Part shown: positions 1 to 12,574 of the stretch, in pieces
How the letters are laid out: each line of letters starts with the position of its first letter
Numbering within the stretch: position 1 is the first letter of the stretch
Source: Lama glama
Taxonomy: Eukaryota
Direction: 5' to 3'
DNA: 64,000 nucleotides
NCBI GenBank assembly: GCA_028534125.1
Contig: CM052817.1
Span: 16,618,001 to 16,682,000 of the forward strand
The notes under the pieces: model-generated
Seen by the model: only the letters and a program-made list of their open reading frames with translations
The model's database searches: none
What the model was told of the DNA's origin: nothing
Program-made: the position numbers and the translations under genes

Positions 1-522
1 AATTTAATCAGAGAAGTGAGAAGGTGCAGAAACGAAGGAAAAGAGCCAAGCAAGACAAAATAATAATACTTCAGTCATCAAACAAAATTAAGGACCTTTA
101 GTTCCTCCTCAGGGGCTATAGATAATATTCTTTGAGTTGTTTTGCAGATACTAAGCCCCCGCCAGGTGAAAAAAGTTAACAGCATGCTGACCTCAAGCAT
201 GTAGACCCTGGACCATTTGGAACCAGAAGGTTGATGATGGAGATTTCCACATCACCCTATCACCTCACTATCAACCTACCAGAAGTATGTACATGAGATG
301 ACCACTCACCCCGTGACCCCCCTTCCTCACCTTAACTGTAAAAGTCTTCCCCTGAAAGCCATCAAGGAGTTGGGATCTTTTGAAGATGAGCTGCCCGTTC
401 TCCTTGCCTTGCCCCACATTGGGCACCTTGCAGTAAACGCTGCACTTTTCTTTGCCACAACCTGGTGTCAGTAGATTGGCTTTACCGCCCTCAGCCAAGT
501 AGACTCGTTTGATTTGGTAACA
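1..522 (+). mobile_element. ERV LTR (5' end outside window)
   Basis: LTR-like layout with AGTAAA near 432 and a U5-like end ...gatttggtaaca (terminal CA at 522). Confidence 0.65.
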
Positions 523-804
523 GTTTGAGATATTAACTTGAAACTGTACAGGTCAGCACTGAGAAGGAATTAGCAAACCAAGTGTTTAAATATCCTGATT
601 GCAAATAAACGCATTTGCCTATCCCCACAATTATAAATTGCGAAAACGAGGCAGCAATTACATCGAAACACACGACGGAGAGGGAGAACAGGCCGAACAC
701 CCCATCTTCAGCTCTGCTGCCCAGGTTACAGGGTAGTTTAGGGTCATCAAGGGAAGTGGGGCTTATGTTTCAGAAAGAGGCTGGTGCTTCTCATCACTTA
801 TCTA

Positions 805-1165
805 CTATCTAGGTCCGTTCGAGCTGCTATCCCAAAATGCTGCAGACCAGGTGGCTTACAAACAATAGAAATTTATTTCTCACAGTTCTGGAGGCTGGGA
901 GTCCAAGATCAGGGTACCAGCATGGTCAGGTGAGAGCCCTCTTTGGGACTCATAGCCCGTACCTTTTTGCTGTGTTCTCACATGTTAGAAGAGGTGAGCG
1001 ATTTCTTTCAAGCCTTTTTAAAGGCACTAATCTGACTTACGAGGGCTCCCCCTTCATGACTTTGGGACCCTCTGCCAAAGGTCCCACCTTCTAATACTAT
1101 CATATTTGGGGGTTAGGATTTCAACATGTGAATTTGGGGGGAACACAAACATTCAGATCATAGCA
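805..1165 (-). mobile_element. ERVL-MaLR solo LTR (MLT1A/B-like)
   Basis: gaaatttatttctcacagttctggaggctgggagtccaagatcagg ... aaacattcagatcatagca hallmark motifs. Confidence 0.85.
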
Positions 1166-1369
1166 CCTTCTGTTTTTAGTTTCTCTCTTCCCTACCCTTG
1201 ACCCCCCAGATTGAAGAGATACCCTCACAGATCCGTTCCGTTTCTGTTCTGTCCATGCATGGGAATGGGACTGATAAACTCTTCTATGGGGCTTCAGAGC
1301 CAAGAAACAAAGAGAGGAAATAAAAGGAGGACAAATGACAGTTCACTGTAAGGGCAAGGAATGTAATTA

Positions 1370-1560
1370 GCATGGTGGTTGACAGCTCAGGCTCAGGTGG
1401 AAAGGCCTGTTTGGAACCCTCTCTCAGCCACATTTACAAGCTGTGTGACCTGAGCAAGTCACTTCATCTCTCTGAGCCTGACTTCTCTCATCTGTAAAAC
1501 AAGGCTGTCACATTTGGTTGTTGTGATGACTAAATCAAGTGTTACTCATGAGCAGTGTGT
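1370..1560 (+). mobile_element. MIR SINE
   Basis: ctgtgtgacctgagcaagtcacttcatctctctgagcct...catctgtaaaa core. Confidence 0.75.
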
Positions 1561-2935
1561 AACATTCCATGAAGACCTAAGGATCTGATGCATGCCTAAC
1601 AGCAATGGCTAAAAGTCAGAAAAATAGCTACCCAGTAATGGATTGGATGACCTTGTAAGGTAGTGAGGGCTGTGCAACCAGAAGGATTCAAGGAAAAGCA
1701 AGGCTGCTACCTCTTAGGAAGCCGGATTGGAAGGAGGATTTCTGCATCCATTAAGAGGCCAGCTGAGATGAATTCTGTGATGCCAGCTCTTGCGGGGAGG
1801 GGATCCAAGATGAAGGAAAGACTGTCAGCCTTAAGGGCAGGCATCTGGTTCTTGGCACAGAACCGGATATGTGCCACCCAACCCGCCCACGGGACCCCAC
1901 TCGGCCCCTGGAGGCTATTTTTACTCCTCGCCTTTTCCAGATCTATTTTGTTAATCTCCTTATATTTGCTGTTTTGACTTCCCAGCCAGCTTGCTAATCA
2001 GTTTGCCTGTTTGACTCACAGGGTTTGCATTTGTCACTGAGACTTAAACACACGCTTGTTTTGATTTCTTTTTGTAAAATTAGAAGCGTTTGATGTAATG
2101 ACTCTACCTAGACACAGCTGGTAAAGTGAGAATAATGCTCAAGTTTGCATAGTTTAAACACAATGTAGACAATAATTAGAAATGCTATCTTTAGATGTTT
2201 AGGATAAGCTTTTTCTCAGAATTGCAGTCAATTTTTTTTTCCAAATAGGGCTTTTCAGTGCATATATATACAGAAATACTAAAAACGTAAGAAAATAGAG
2301 CAAATCAGTGAGTGCTTTGGTCAACTTGAAAGCCTGCAGGAAATAAACCCACTGATTTGAGATCTGGCGCTTTTGACTGAATGCATAAAACCTTTACATT
2401 CTCCGTCTTTTTCATGACTACCATATGATCTAATAATTTTAGGTGACAGATTGCAAGTGATAAGTTGCTACAATATGCTAGAAGCTACGCTCAGCCTGGG
2501 CTTGGCCTTCGGTGAGGGGGGAGGAGGGAATGATGCAAATAATAAAGAGAATTCATCATCTATATCAGGAAAATTACATTTTAATTTCAGGGAACAGAAA
2601 AGGTATAGTTATGATACGTGATGGTCTTATACTCCAGTAAAGCAAGGTCTACAACTGAGTAGAAGTTACTTCTTTTTTTAAATCAAACTATAAAACAGCA
2701 GTCGTTTGCTTTTTTTTCCCCCAAAGTCAATTGTTTTAAATTTAATAGGCTATCTCTGGCCTCCACTAAGATCCCAAAATATATTCCTGGGTTCATATAG
2801 ATTCCAGAAAGTCATGCTTGCCAGTATTATGCAAACTTTCCCTACGCATCCAAAAAAAACAAAAGGGCCTCGTTTAGTAGAGAGGTGATATGAAACGTAA
2901 GGCAGCACATCTCTATCTATCATTTTAAATTGCCT

Positions 2936-3096
2936 TCATGCTTTATCAACTTGTTCGGCTTTGTATTCGTGAGCAACTGTAACATCGGGAGACGGGGCCT
3001 CCTTACTTTTCTGCTTCTCGTTTCTAATTAGATTCACTGCTGAGCTCTCTACCGCATCTCTCTGATCTGCAAATTCTTCTCTGTTCAGAACGACAT
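2936..3096 (-). CDS. CCDC149: Candidate alternative distal terminal exon of CCDC149 (D-VVLNREEFADQRDAVESSAVNLIRNEKQKSKEAPSPDVTVAHEYKAEQVDKA*)
   Basis: Strong acceptor tttaatacattctttgttttccag|; open for 52 full codons plus TGA in phase 1, the phase of the upstream donors at 20603, 19190 and 14502; followed by AT-rich UTR-like DNA. Confidence 0.5.
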
Positions 3097-4299
3097 CTGG
3101 AAAACAAAGAATGTATTAAAGTAGTGAGTTGAGGGGCATCCTTTGGCTTTTTGACATCCTAACTGAGCCGTGTGAAGGGAAGTTACCCTCAGTATTATTA
3201 AGGAGGGAGATTGTCTCAAATGGAGGCTTCCAGAGTGAAAGCAGAGGGCAGAGAGGGAAGGTGCTCACATAGAGATCTTTTTCAAGGAGAAATAAAGTAC
3301 CAAGATCCAGCCAGGAAAGAGCTGCAGCCTTTTGGAGGAGCAGAAAACCGAGAGAAGCAAAGGCTTGCTGTAATTCGAAAGGGACAGAAAAGATAACCCC
3401 AGTGACGAAGTAGCTGGTCTTCGAAATTCTTTCAGGAGAAGACTGGACCTCTTTCTGGAACAATTCACATGGCGAACTGGGGTGCAAAGGTTCCAGGAGG
3501 AATAACACACCCCAAAATTCACTCCGACACATGAATGACTGGTACCAGAACCCTTTTTTTAGAACTTCACTTCGTGATGATGGCGTGTGTTTGGGAATGG
3601 GGGCACAGAAAGAGGAACAATGACAGGAAAACAGATTTAGCCTATTTAAGATTGCTAACGGGGAGGAGGTTCCAGGAGGGACTGAGCTGAACGCCACCTG
3701 GGACCTCCTAGCTAGAGAGGCTTCAGGAATCACTGTTCCAGGAGAAGAAAGGGGGAGGGGGAGAGGAAGGCAGGTAGAGGAGGCACAGCAAGAAGAGTTA
3801 GGGACGAGAAATGCCTGCTTTACAGAAACCAGTCCATTTCCACCAGCCTTAATTAAAAGAACGACAAACACTCATATGTAAAAATCCACACCTACAGGCT
3901 CTCAGGTACAGAGCGATCACAAGAAGTGCAGTGTGTGCAAACAAGCTTTCATTAAGAGACCTGTCAGCTCTGTTTCATTTATCCTGACTGTTCTGCATTC
4001 TGCTGGCAACTGAGCTGGAAAAGTAATGGAAGGACCGACCCACTTGAAGAGGTAAACACAGGAGGGAATACTCCAGCTACAAAACAGGATGGATGCTAAA
4101 GAAGCCAGGGAAATGGAGAGATGAGATGGTATTTTTCTTAACAAACAACAAACAACAATTGCCCCTCCCTCCAACTCCATTCTCCTCAGTAGCATGATAT
4201 TCTGACTTTTCAAAGAAACAAGAAAACAAAACAAGAACAGACATGTGGGGGGCGGAGACAATGCTGTTGGTGGCCTTCTCAAACCTACTCCCAACTCCC

Positions 4300-4760
4300 T
4301 ACACACAAAGACCTGACTTTGTTTTAGTGTTCACCCTTTTAGAGTCTGCATCTCCAGGGACAGGACCCCTGCCCAGTTCAGAGGGTGATCTTGATGAACG
4401 TAAACCCATAACAGTAACAATTCCATCTTCCTTACTAAGGATTGTTTTAGACACAGGCGTGTGACATGGTCACATAGGCATGTGGCAATTCTGATCAATG
4501 AAATGTGACAAGAACTGGGTTACCTGCTTTTAAAATACACACAAACACACACACACACATACACGGTGAGAAACTTCCTTCTGCCTGTGGACAAGATGTG
4601 TGAACAGGTGATGGCTGGAGCTGTTGCAGCCAACTTGTTAGCACGAGAGAATAGCTGACACTGAGGCAGCAGAGCAGGAAGACCAGATCCTTGATAACTT
4701 ACTTGAATGAACCAGCCCTGGAATGCCCTACTTTTGAGAGTTATCTGGTAGAGTAGGGGA
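4300..4760 (+). mobile_element. Old MaLR LTR (MLT1J/K-like) with internal (CA)n
   Basis: ggcatgtggcaattctgatcaatgaaatgtg and gatggctggagctgttgcagccaacttg motifs. Confidence 0.5.
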
Positions 4761-5205
4761 CAGAATAAAGCACACTTCCACAATGACTCTTAAAAAGACA
4801 AATGACAACCATAAGTAATTGCTGAAACTCTTTTTAATGTCTGTGGAACAGAAGAATCATGTTGGGTTAGGATAGCAGAGGTGGGACAGTGTCAGATCTG
4901 TGTATAGGGCGTGGTCAAGGTTACAAATGTGACTGGATCAACTTATTGGCTCCAATTCCACCTAATAACAGAAGACCTCCCCCTCCCAGGCTGACTGAAC
5001 ACACAGAATTTAGGTTATCGCTCCCTATGACCCCCTGCCCTAAGCCCCAGGCTCTGGGACTTCCTGCAGTTTTCTTGCCCATGATGGAATGTGTTGAAGT
5101 TTACTACAAGCCCTGCTTTCCAGAAGGTGTTGAATGGGCCCTCAAGACGGACACCTGGCCAACTATGTGTCAAAACCAAGGCTTCTGTAGGGAGAGATTT
5201 TTCTT

Positions 5206-5211
5206 TTTATT
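5206..5211 (-). terminator. Candidate polyadenylation signal AATAAA for CCDC149
   Basis: Plus-strand tttatt; followed on the minus strand by GU/U-rich sequence (ttggttttg, gtgtccgtcttg). Confidence 0.5.
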
Positions 5212-6149
5212 ATTATTGTATTCAATCTGGCTGTGTTTGCCTTTGGTGGCTCTGGCATCGTATGCAGTAGTGCTGAACATTTGCAGAGAATTTAGGCCTG
5301 GTGCAGCAGGAAAATTATTTCCATGGCTGCTGGCCGGGGCAAGCTTTGCAGCTGCAGAAGTGACCTTCCTGGACAGAAGCGACCTTCTTGGGTCTGGGGA
5401 AGGGGAGAGGCTGGAGCACAGAGGGATGAATGGGGCACTGGGGCCTGGCGGGCAGGGGCCGATGTGTGTCCAGCTCACCAGGGGCCAGAGTGCACAGACG
5501 CGGGTGTGCCCACGTTCCGCCAGTGGGGGTGACCTCTAGTGAGCGGGAAGAAATCAGCTGGAGGTCCACCCAGGGTGCTTCTGGCAAGGCATGGGACCTT
5601 CTGGTCTGCACCTTGCCCTCCTTCAGAGCGAGACAGCAGGTGTGACAGGTCCTGCCCTGCTGTCAGAGCGATGCCAGGAGATGACATGTGGCAGGGAAGT
5701 GGTGGGGGGGGTGGCTGGCCACCTGCATGTGGGATTCACACCTGAGATCACAAGCCTAGTCTAAACAGCCAATTTTTAGGATGAATTGCTGAATTTTCTA
5801 CCTCTCCCACCTCGGGAGCTTCTCTTTTCCCTGCAGGAGAGTCTCTCAAAGGAGTGATTCTGGTTCTCAGGGGCGTTTCAAACTTTGGGATCTGATATTA
5901 GTTCTTTCTGGGGAAATGAACTGAGTTCAGCACAAAGAAAGGTCAGTCGTTTGATGAGCCTTCAATGTACTGCAGTGCCAGATGCTGCCTAGAAAAGCTA
6001 ATTTTATCCCCAAGAAAAGAAGCAGGTAGGGGTGACCACTCTTTGCTTTCCTGCTCTTGGAGCTTGAACTTGGTTCCACAGTCCCCTCCCCAGGCTGACG
6101 AGGTTACTTTGTTTTCTCCTTTCTTTCCACTCTAGGGCCATGAGCTCTG

Positions 6150-6333
6150 TCTTTATTTATTTGTTTATTTGTTTGTTTGTTTGTTTGTTTGTTTATTTAT
6201 TTATTTATTTATTTAATTTTTGGTAATGCCTTTTTTTTTTCAAGTTTTTTTTTTTTAATGGAGATTCTGGGGATTGAAACCAGGACCTCGTGCATGCTAA
6301 GCATGAGCTCTACTGCTGAGCTACAGCCTCCCC
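6150..6333 (-). mobile_element. tRNA-derived camelid SINE (Vic-1-like) with long A-rich tail, inside the predicted 3' UTR
   Basis: Minus strand ggggaggctgtagctcagcagtagagctcatgcttagcatgcacgaggtcctggtttcaatccccag (A and B boxes) followed by an (AAAT/AAAC)n tail. Confidence 0.85.
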
Positions 6334-7292
6334 AGTGCCTTGTCTTTAAAACCCCAGTACCTGGTGCTCCAGAGGAGGCAGCCACAGTGCTCTGTCAGAG
6401 TGATGGGTGGTGGGGGAAACTGGCTTGGCCCTAAGCAGCTGGATTGGCTTCAACCCCACATGACCATAGAATCCTATACCAGCCCAGGCTGAGCGGAGAG
6501 AACCAGCACTTCCAGGTTCTGCTCTCATCTCAGAAACAAAAAATCAAACACCACTGGAGTCCCCATCCTCCCTGCTTATCCACAACGCCCCCATCACTCC
6601 AGGTCGATTAATCCTCTAGAATTACAGGCTGGAAAACTCAGCTCTCGCAGTCAGCAAACGGGTCTCCACAGGGGCTGTGGATTTCAAACCGGAAGCCTAA
6701 CCTTCTGAGCCCACTTAAGCCCCTTTCCACCTGCCAGTCGCTGCCACGACAGACAGTGCTGCAGGCAGGCTGCCAAGAACACCCACGCTGGGAGGCCCAA
6801 CGGGCCCTGACATGATGGAGTGGAGCGGGGCGCCCTCTGGACCCATTATGCTCAATTACACCTTTCTCTACATTACAAAGACAGGGATCTGATTAAAAAC
6901 CCCATCCCTTTCAAGCTCTTCCTATAATTTTGATCGACAACTTTAAATGCTAATAGAAAAACAGCTTATGTCTAATAAAACAAATGCTGACAGAAAGATG
7001 GATGCCAAAAACCAGCCATATGGCCGACCCTATTCCGTGCCTGGCCATGTTCACAGCAGCGCATCTTCAGCAGAAAGAGATGACACTGAGAAGCTTGAGG
7101 ACCCGCATTTAATAAATCAGACTGTGCTGGCATCATCAGAATATTCGCAGTTTGCGACAGGATCTGTGTCCTCCTCACTTGCAGGCTTGGGGGTGTTTTA
7201 GGAGAAAGAGACTTCGGTGAACTGTTCTGAGGTTTAGTTCTTTACCGTCCCCAGTGCTGTCAACGTGTCATCACGCCCGATCTCTTTCCCCT

Positions 7293-7726
7293 TCATGTTT
7301 TCGTGGTGTTCCTTGTGCTTCCAACCTCTGGGGTCTCCTTGCCATCTTCCGGGGGGGACGCTTCGGCGACTGGCTGGCTGGACTCAGAGGAGTTGTGGCA
7401 AGATTTGGGGCATGCCCCGTTGGCAGCTAAGCCAGGCAGAGGTGGCCCCATCTCGTCCCTCTGACCCTGCAGGGGGCTCTCTCTTCCAACCCCTGCTGGT
7501 CCTGTAGGCTCCTGCTCCTCTGTCAGTTTCACAATTTCCCCTCCAGGCCTGTTTACTTGTTCTCCCTCAGAAGGTAGCTGGGCTAATGAGGCAAGAAAGT
7601 GTTTGCGTTGGTTCCTGGGGCTCTGATTTGCTGGGGAGCTGAGAGCGGGCCTCCCAGCATCCTCCCACGCTGTCGACACCTCGGCAGTCACGTGACTTTT
7701 GTCTTGTTCTTGCTTCCAAACCTCCC
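7293..7726 (-). CDS. CCDC149: CCDC149 terminal coding exon (G-EVWKQEQDKSHVTAEVSTAWEDAGRP...GSTRNTTKT*)
   Basis: 434 nt = 2 + 144 codons including TGA at 7295-7293; acceptor gtctgtttcag|; in frame with ORF 7293-7691; resembles the low-complexity CCDC149 C-terminus. Confidence 0.92.
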
Positions 7727-9519
7727 CTGAAACAGACCGGGGACAGCATCAAACCTTCTGCTGGAAGCCAGCCCTCACCTCCCATCTCCATCCAACCTCT
7801 GGCCCACTGTCGCGGGGCCTCTGGGATAGAAAATGCTGTTGAAGGGAACACAGGACCCACAGAAAAGAAAGTAGCCACTCTGGTGATTACTGTGTCATTA
7901 ATGGAGGGAAGGGGAGTATGTGGGCCATGTCCATAACCCATCCTTTGCGGCACCTGGTTATCTCCTCCTTCGCTCCCTGATGATGGCTCGTGCCCATTAA
8001 GTATTTAAACTGAGGACAAAGGTTTCATAGGTTCTGTAGCTCAGGGGAGACCTTTAGTAATGAAAAGAGGTTCTGGCTGCTTTCAGTGCAGGGAACAGAA
8101 GGAGCAGTTTGGGAGGGACTGAGTGCCCCACCTCCCAATCTTCATCAGCACCTCATTCTATGATGCAGACTGCTGGTGCTTCCTCAGTTTCAATAAAATG
8201 TCACATGCAAAAGCAGCTTCAAGCCCTCTCCCCCTCCCCACTAAGTTGTTCTTTCTAAATGTGTATAAGAGAAATTCTTCAGCTGTAACTGGAGGGGATG
8301 GGAGAGGATGCGGGGCCCTCAGAGCCAGAATCTAGCCCCCATTTTCCTATTTTCTTGCTTTGTGATCAGGAGGACCTGCCTGGCCTCCTTTCCTCAGATA
8401 CAAAATGAGAGACAGGGCTGTCTGATGTCCCTTCCATACCTAATAAGCAACAGTGGTTCTGCACAACTGGGAGGTATTCGGGGAGTGAATCCTTAGCGCA
8501 TTCAGCACCAGACCTAAGGTTCCCAAGATTTTCTTAGTCCTTAGGCCGAACAGTGAAGAAATGTGTGGAAGAGTCTTGCTGGGCTGATTTCAGCCTGGGT
8601 GAGGGGCTCCAGGGGTGAGGGGGCCCGGGAACACTTCCTGGTTCCTCCGACGGAACCAGGGTAGAACCCACTGCCATCAGGCCTGTATCAGATACATGCA
8701 GGTGTGCTTTCAGGCCAAAAGCTGGGACTGGGCAGGGGGGCTAATGGATAACTGTAGAAGGTTTGGAAGGAAGTTGATCTGTTCTGACCATGCATCCATT
8801 TATTAAATTAAATAACTGGATGCATTTTAAAGCATTTGTTTACCTAATCAAGTGTTTAAAAGCCTTAAGAAACTTAAACAAGGCTGAACCCTGGCAAAAA
8901 CTCTGAGAAACTCTAGAAGACATGAGATATGAGTGAGATCAGATGGATCATGAGACTGAAATGAAACAGCTAAGATGAAGAAGGGGTGGACAGCAATGAA
9001 GGAAGAGAAGACGCTTGTAGACAGAGTGGTGGGTGTGACAACCGACAGGCTGGTCACTGGGGAAGGGGACCGCGGGTCAGCTCAGCCAGGCAGAACTTGA
9101 CCCTCACACCCCAGTCCTCTAGTTCTTCTGATATCTTTTTGCTTCTCACATTCAAAAGAAGCTGTTTTCTTTCTCTTTAGCCTTTTTGATGACCATAGAA
9201 ATTCCCCAGGGACAGAAATTCGACCCAATCTTTTATACACTTGAAAGCCTGTGTTTAGTCACGGACAACTATGTTATTACTCTCCTAAGAACTCGCTGGC
9301 CTCAGTAAGTGTCACACCTGAAAATAAGACCATTACTCATGTTTACAGTGACATTTGTGAATGTATAAATGAGTGAATAAAGCAAGCCTTGATTTTTAAA
9401 AAAATAACCGTTCAGATCTGTTCAGCCAGGATAACGTGGGCTGGTTCCTGACAGGTTCCTTTGCTGATAGTCTCCTCTTGCTGTCATCCAACCTGTCAGG
9501 AGAGGGGCCTTCCCTAAAG

Positions 9520-9690
9520 CTTTGCTACTCAAAGTAGGGTCCGAGGACCACCATTGGCAGCCTCATCTGGGAGCCCATTAGACAGGCAGGGTCTTGGGCC
9601 CTACCCCAGACCTACTGGCTCAGAAGATGCATTTTGATAAGATCTCAGGTGACGCGGGTGCACATTACGGTGCAAGAAGCACTAGCACTG
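9520..9690. mobile_element. hAT-Charlie MITE (MER5A-like)
   Basis: ctactcaaagt...gggccctaccccagacctactggctcagaa...catttt...aagatctcaggtga. Confidence 0.7.
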
Positions 9691-12574
9691 AAACACGTCC
9701 AGCCACGCGCTCCCCTCCTTGGCTCTAAAACCTTCAAAGGCTACCCCTGCCCTAGCAACAAAGCCCAAGCTCTTCTCCTGACAGTCGAGGCTTTCAGTGA
9801 CCCAACATCCATCTACCTGCCACGCCAACTCCCCTTCCATCCCTACACTCCAGCCACACTGAACCCTCCAGGGCATGCAGCCCTGCCTTCTGCACCTTTG
9901 CTTTGGTGGCTGATTCTTCCATGACTCTCATTCCTTGATGCATCCAGATGACCAACCTCAAAAGTGAGCTTGATCTTCCTTCATGAAGCCTATTTGATTT
10001 AATCTGCCGGGAAGTACTCTCCCCACTGTCTGAATCCCCACAAGGTTGTGTCTGGAACTCTAAGGGAACTTCATACTTTTTACTTTTTTACCTTTCCATT
10101 GTTACTTATGTATAATTAGCTTATAAAAACCACCTGAAGTATAAAATCTCATCTGATTAATTTGTTAACGTTGCCAGTGTTTTATGGTGGGGGGTGCAAT
10201 AAGTAGCTTATTAAATGTTTGAACCTACAGACATACACATGGATGCGTGAATAAATGAATATAGGAGTACATATATTTAAATATCACCCATTAATAAATG
10301 GAAGCGATCCTCGAATTCGTTTGCTCCAGGTTGCATTCAGGTTGCTACCCTAAAAGTTCTTAAAATGGCACTTGCAGAAAAAAAGAGATTTCTAACTCAC
10401 ACAAACGTTTAGCTACATCTGAGGTCACACAGAGAAACAATCACATCATTTTCATGCTAACAAATGACAAATGTTATAGTGGTTGTGCAGGAGACATGGG
10501 AAGCACCGAGTCAAAATGAGCAAGTTTCCGGCATCGTGCAAGAAGCTTTATTCAAAAGGAGTAAATTATGGTCCTTTCCGTGGCTGAATTTTTCACCAAC
10601 GTGAGATGAATAAACTCCTTCTGGAAATTACTCTTATGAAATTACTTCTTCCAGGACACTTAATAGTATATTCTGGTGCCCCTGAAAAATTAATTAACCT
10701 TATCCGTAACAACCTAACCCCTAAACCATTTGCAGTGTTTTCACTGTGGGTCAGGTCAATCTTCTGTACCTTAATTTACATCTAAGGGAAGGTGGTCTCA
10801 TTACACCAGGGCCTTTTGGTCGCCAGTCCTTTGCCTTGTGCCATTTCTTTAGATGACATTCCGCTCATGTCCAGACGCATGAATCTTTTTTAAAATGGCA
10901 AACCTCTGAGATTACCAGCGAGAACTTCTCAACTTTTTGGGGGTTGGGGGGAGAGCAACACCACTGTCATCATCATAAGTGCAGACACAGCTGCCGTAAG
11001 AGGATGGACAGGGCTGTAACTCTCTTGTTTGGTCCTATCTGGGTTTTCTCTGAGAAAGCCTAGATTTTCAGTCTCAAGGCTACAAAGCTGTAGGGGCCAG
11101 GCTGAGACTGGATTACGGGTCAACACCAGGATTTACCAATCTTCTTCTCCCTTTTGTTTATCCAGAAGATATCTAAACAGTATATTCAAGTCACTCTCAG
11201 ACAACAAAGAAAAGTTACTGAAGATACTTTGACTGTTGCTCTTGGAACTAGGACCTCTGGTTACTTGCTGTGGGAGCAAAATTTTACTTTAACTCTCTGA
11301 TTCTGTTGACTCTTAAGCTGTGGGAGTTTTATTTTTCCTTTGAGAACAGACGCATAGTATTGCTATTTCCAAAAAGAAAGATTTCTGAATTAGCTCAGAA
11401 CAGGAAAACATTATTACCCCCAATAGTAATTATTCTGTGCTGTTTTAGCAAACAGAATTAGTATCATTAATACTTATTAATAACAATACACACATCAATA
11501 ATGATGAAGCAATCAGCCAGTACAAATGCATTAGCACACAAACAGTGCGGAAAGGAAAGACATCTTCTCTAGAAGATGAAGAAACAGTAGCTCTTCGTAG
11601 AAAAGATTGCTAGTCTCCTAAAAATGGGTCCTCCCCCACCCACTGGCCCAAAGGGCACATTCATCTTAACTGGTCTCTGACGGCTTTGTCCTCCCGAGTG
11701 TGAGCTGATTTCAGTCGGAATTAATCAGAGACGCAGCGGTGATGAGGCCACCCTAGATACCGACAGCAGCTACATAAGTGCTTCCTTGTTGCCACCCGAG
11801 CTGGCGAAGGATGGGGTTGGAACAATGAGAGCTAATGATGGAACTCTGGAAGCTATCATTTTGAATCAGGCCATTACTTACGCCACCCTTGTGAAAATCA
11901 AGCCAGGCTCAGATTCCATGTCACGTTAGAAGGCGCGGGACCTCCGGGGACTCAGTGAGCCCAGAGAAGGCAGAGGGCTTTGGATCTCCACGGGGACACT
12001 GGATGTTTGCAGGGGATGAACACCAGCCAAGTCATGTCCCAGACTGCACAGCGGACCATGGCGCGTTACAGGCCAGCCTCGCAGTCAGCCACATGCTACT
12101 GGCTGGAAAGGCCCAGCCTGATCTTCCGGCCAGTGTGGAAAGCACCGAGTCAGGAGCTCTCTCCAGGAATTCTCCTCGTGTGTTCTTGGGGAACCTCTCT
12201 GGTGAAATCCCAGACTTGTCCTGGCTTCTCCTCTTACCATTCTGTGCACTAATCTGTGTGATCTGGATAGGTTTCAAAACACAGCTGTACCGCAGCATGA
12301 GTGAGCCTTGCTGAACCCAGCTCAGACTAGCAGTCTGATTCAAAGCCTCATGATAAATAATACATAGCTGTTGCCTTAAGTTCTAAGTTTGGGGGTGATT
12401 TGTTACATAATTGCTAACAAGAGACAGATGGAAGCCACCGGAGATTTGTGAGCAGAGCACAAGCATGATGGAAAGCTGCACTCTAGGAGCTTCGCCCTGC
12501 AGCAGCAGGATGAAGATGGGATGAAGCCTGGAGATTCTGGGAGGCAGGAAAACCTCGAAACTTAGCAGCTTAAG

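Larger units (their letters stand above)
5190..7292 (-). other. CCDC149: Predicted CCDC149 3' UTR (about 2.1 kb)
   Basis: Runs from the stop codon to a candidate AATAAA at 5211-5206; the end point is inferred. Confidence 0.55.

Noticed and set aside
4889..5539. 216-aa plus-strand ORF
   Set aside because: GTG start, no recognisable domain or exon structure, antisense to the CCDC149 UTR end; GC-rich DNA explains the open frame
10501..12152. Repeated 13-mer aagcaccgagtca (10501-10513 and 12140-12152), loosely like a Cas9 tracrRNA hairpin
   Set aside because: A few tens of chance 13-mer pairs are expected in 64 kb; there is no array, spacer structure or flanking homology
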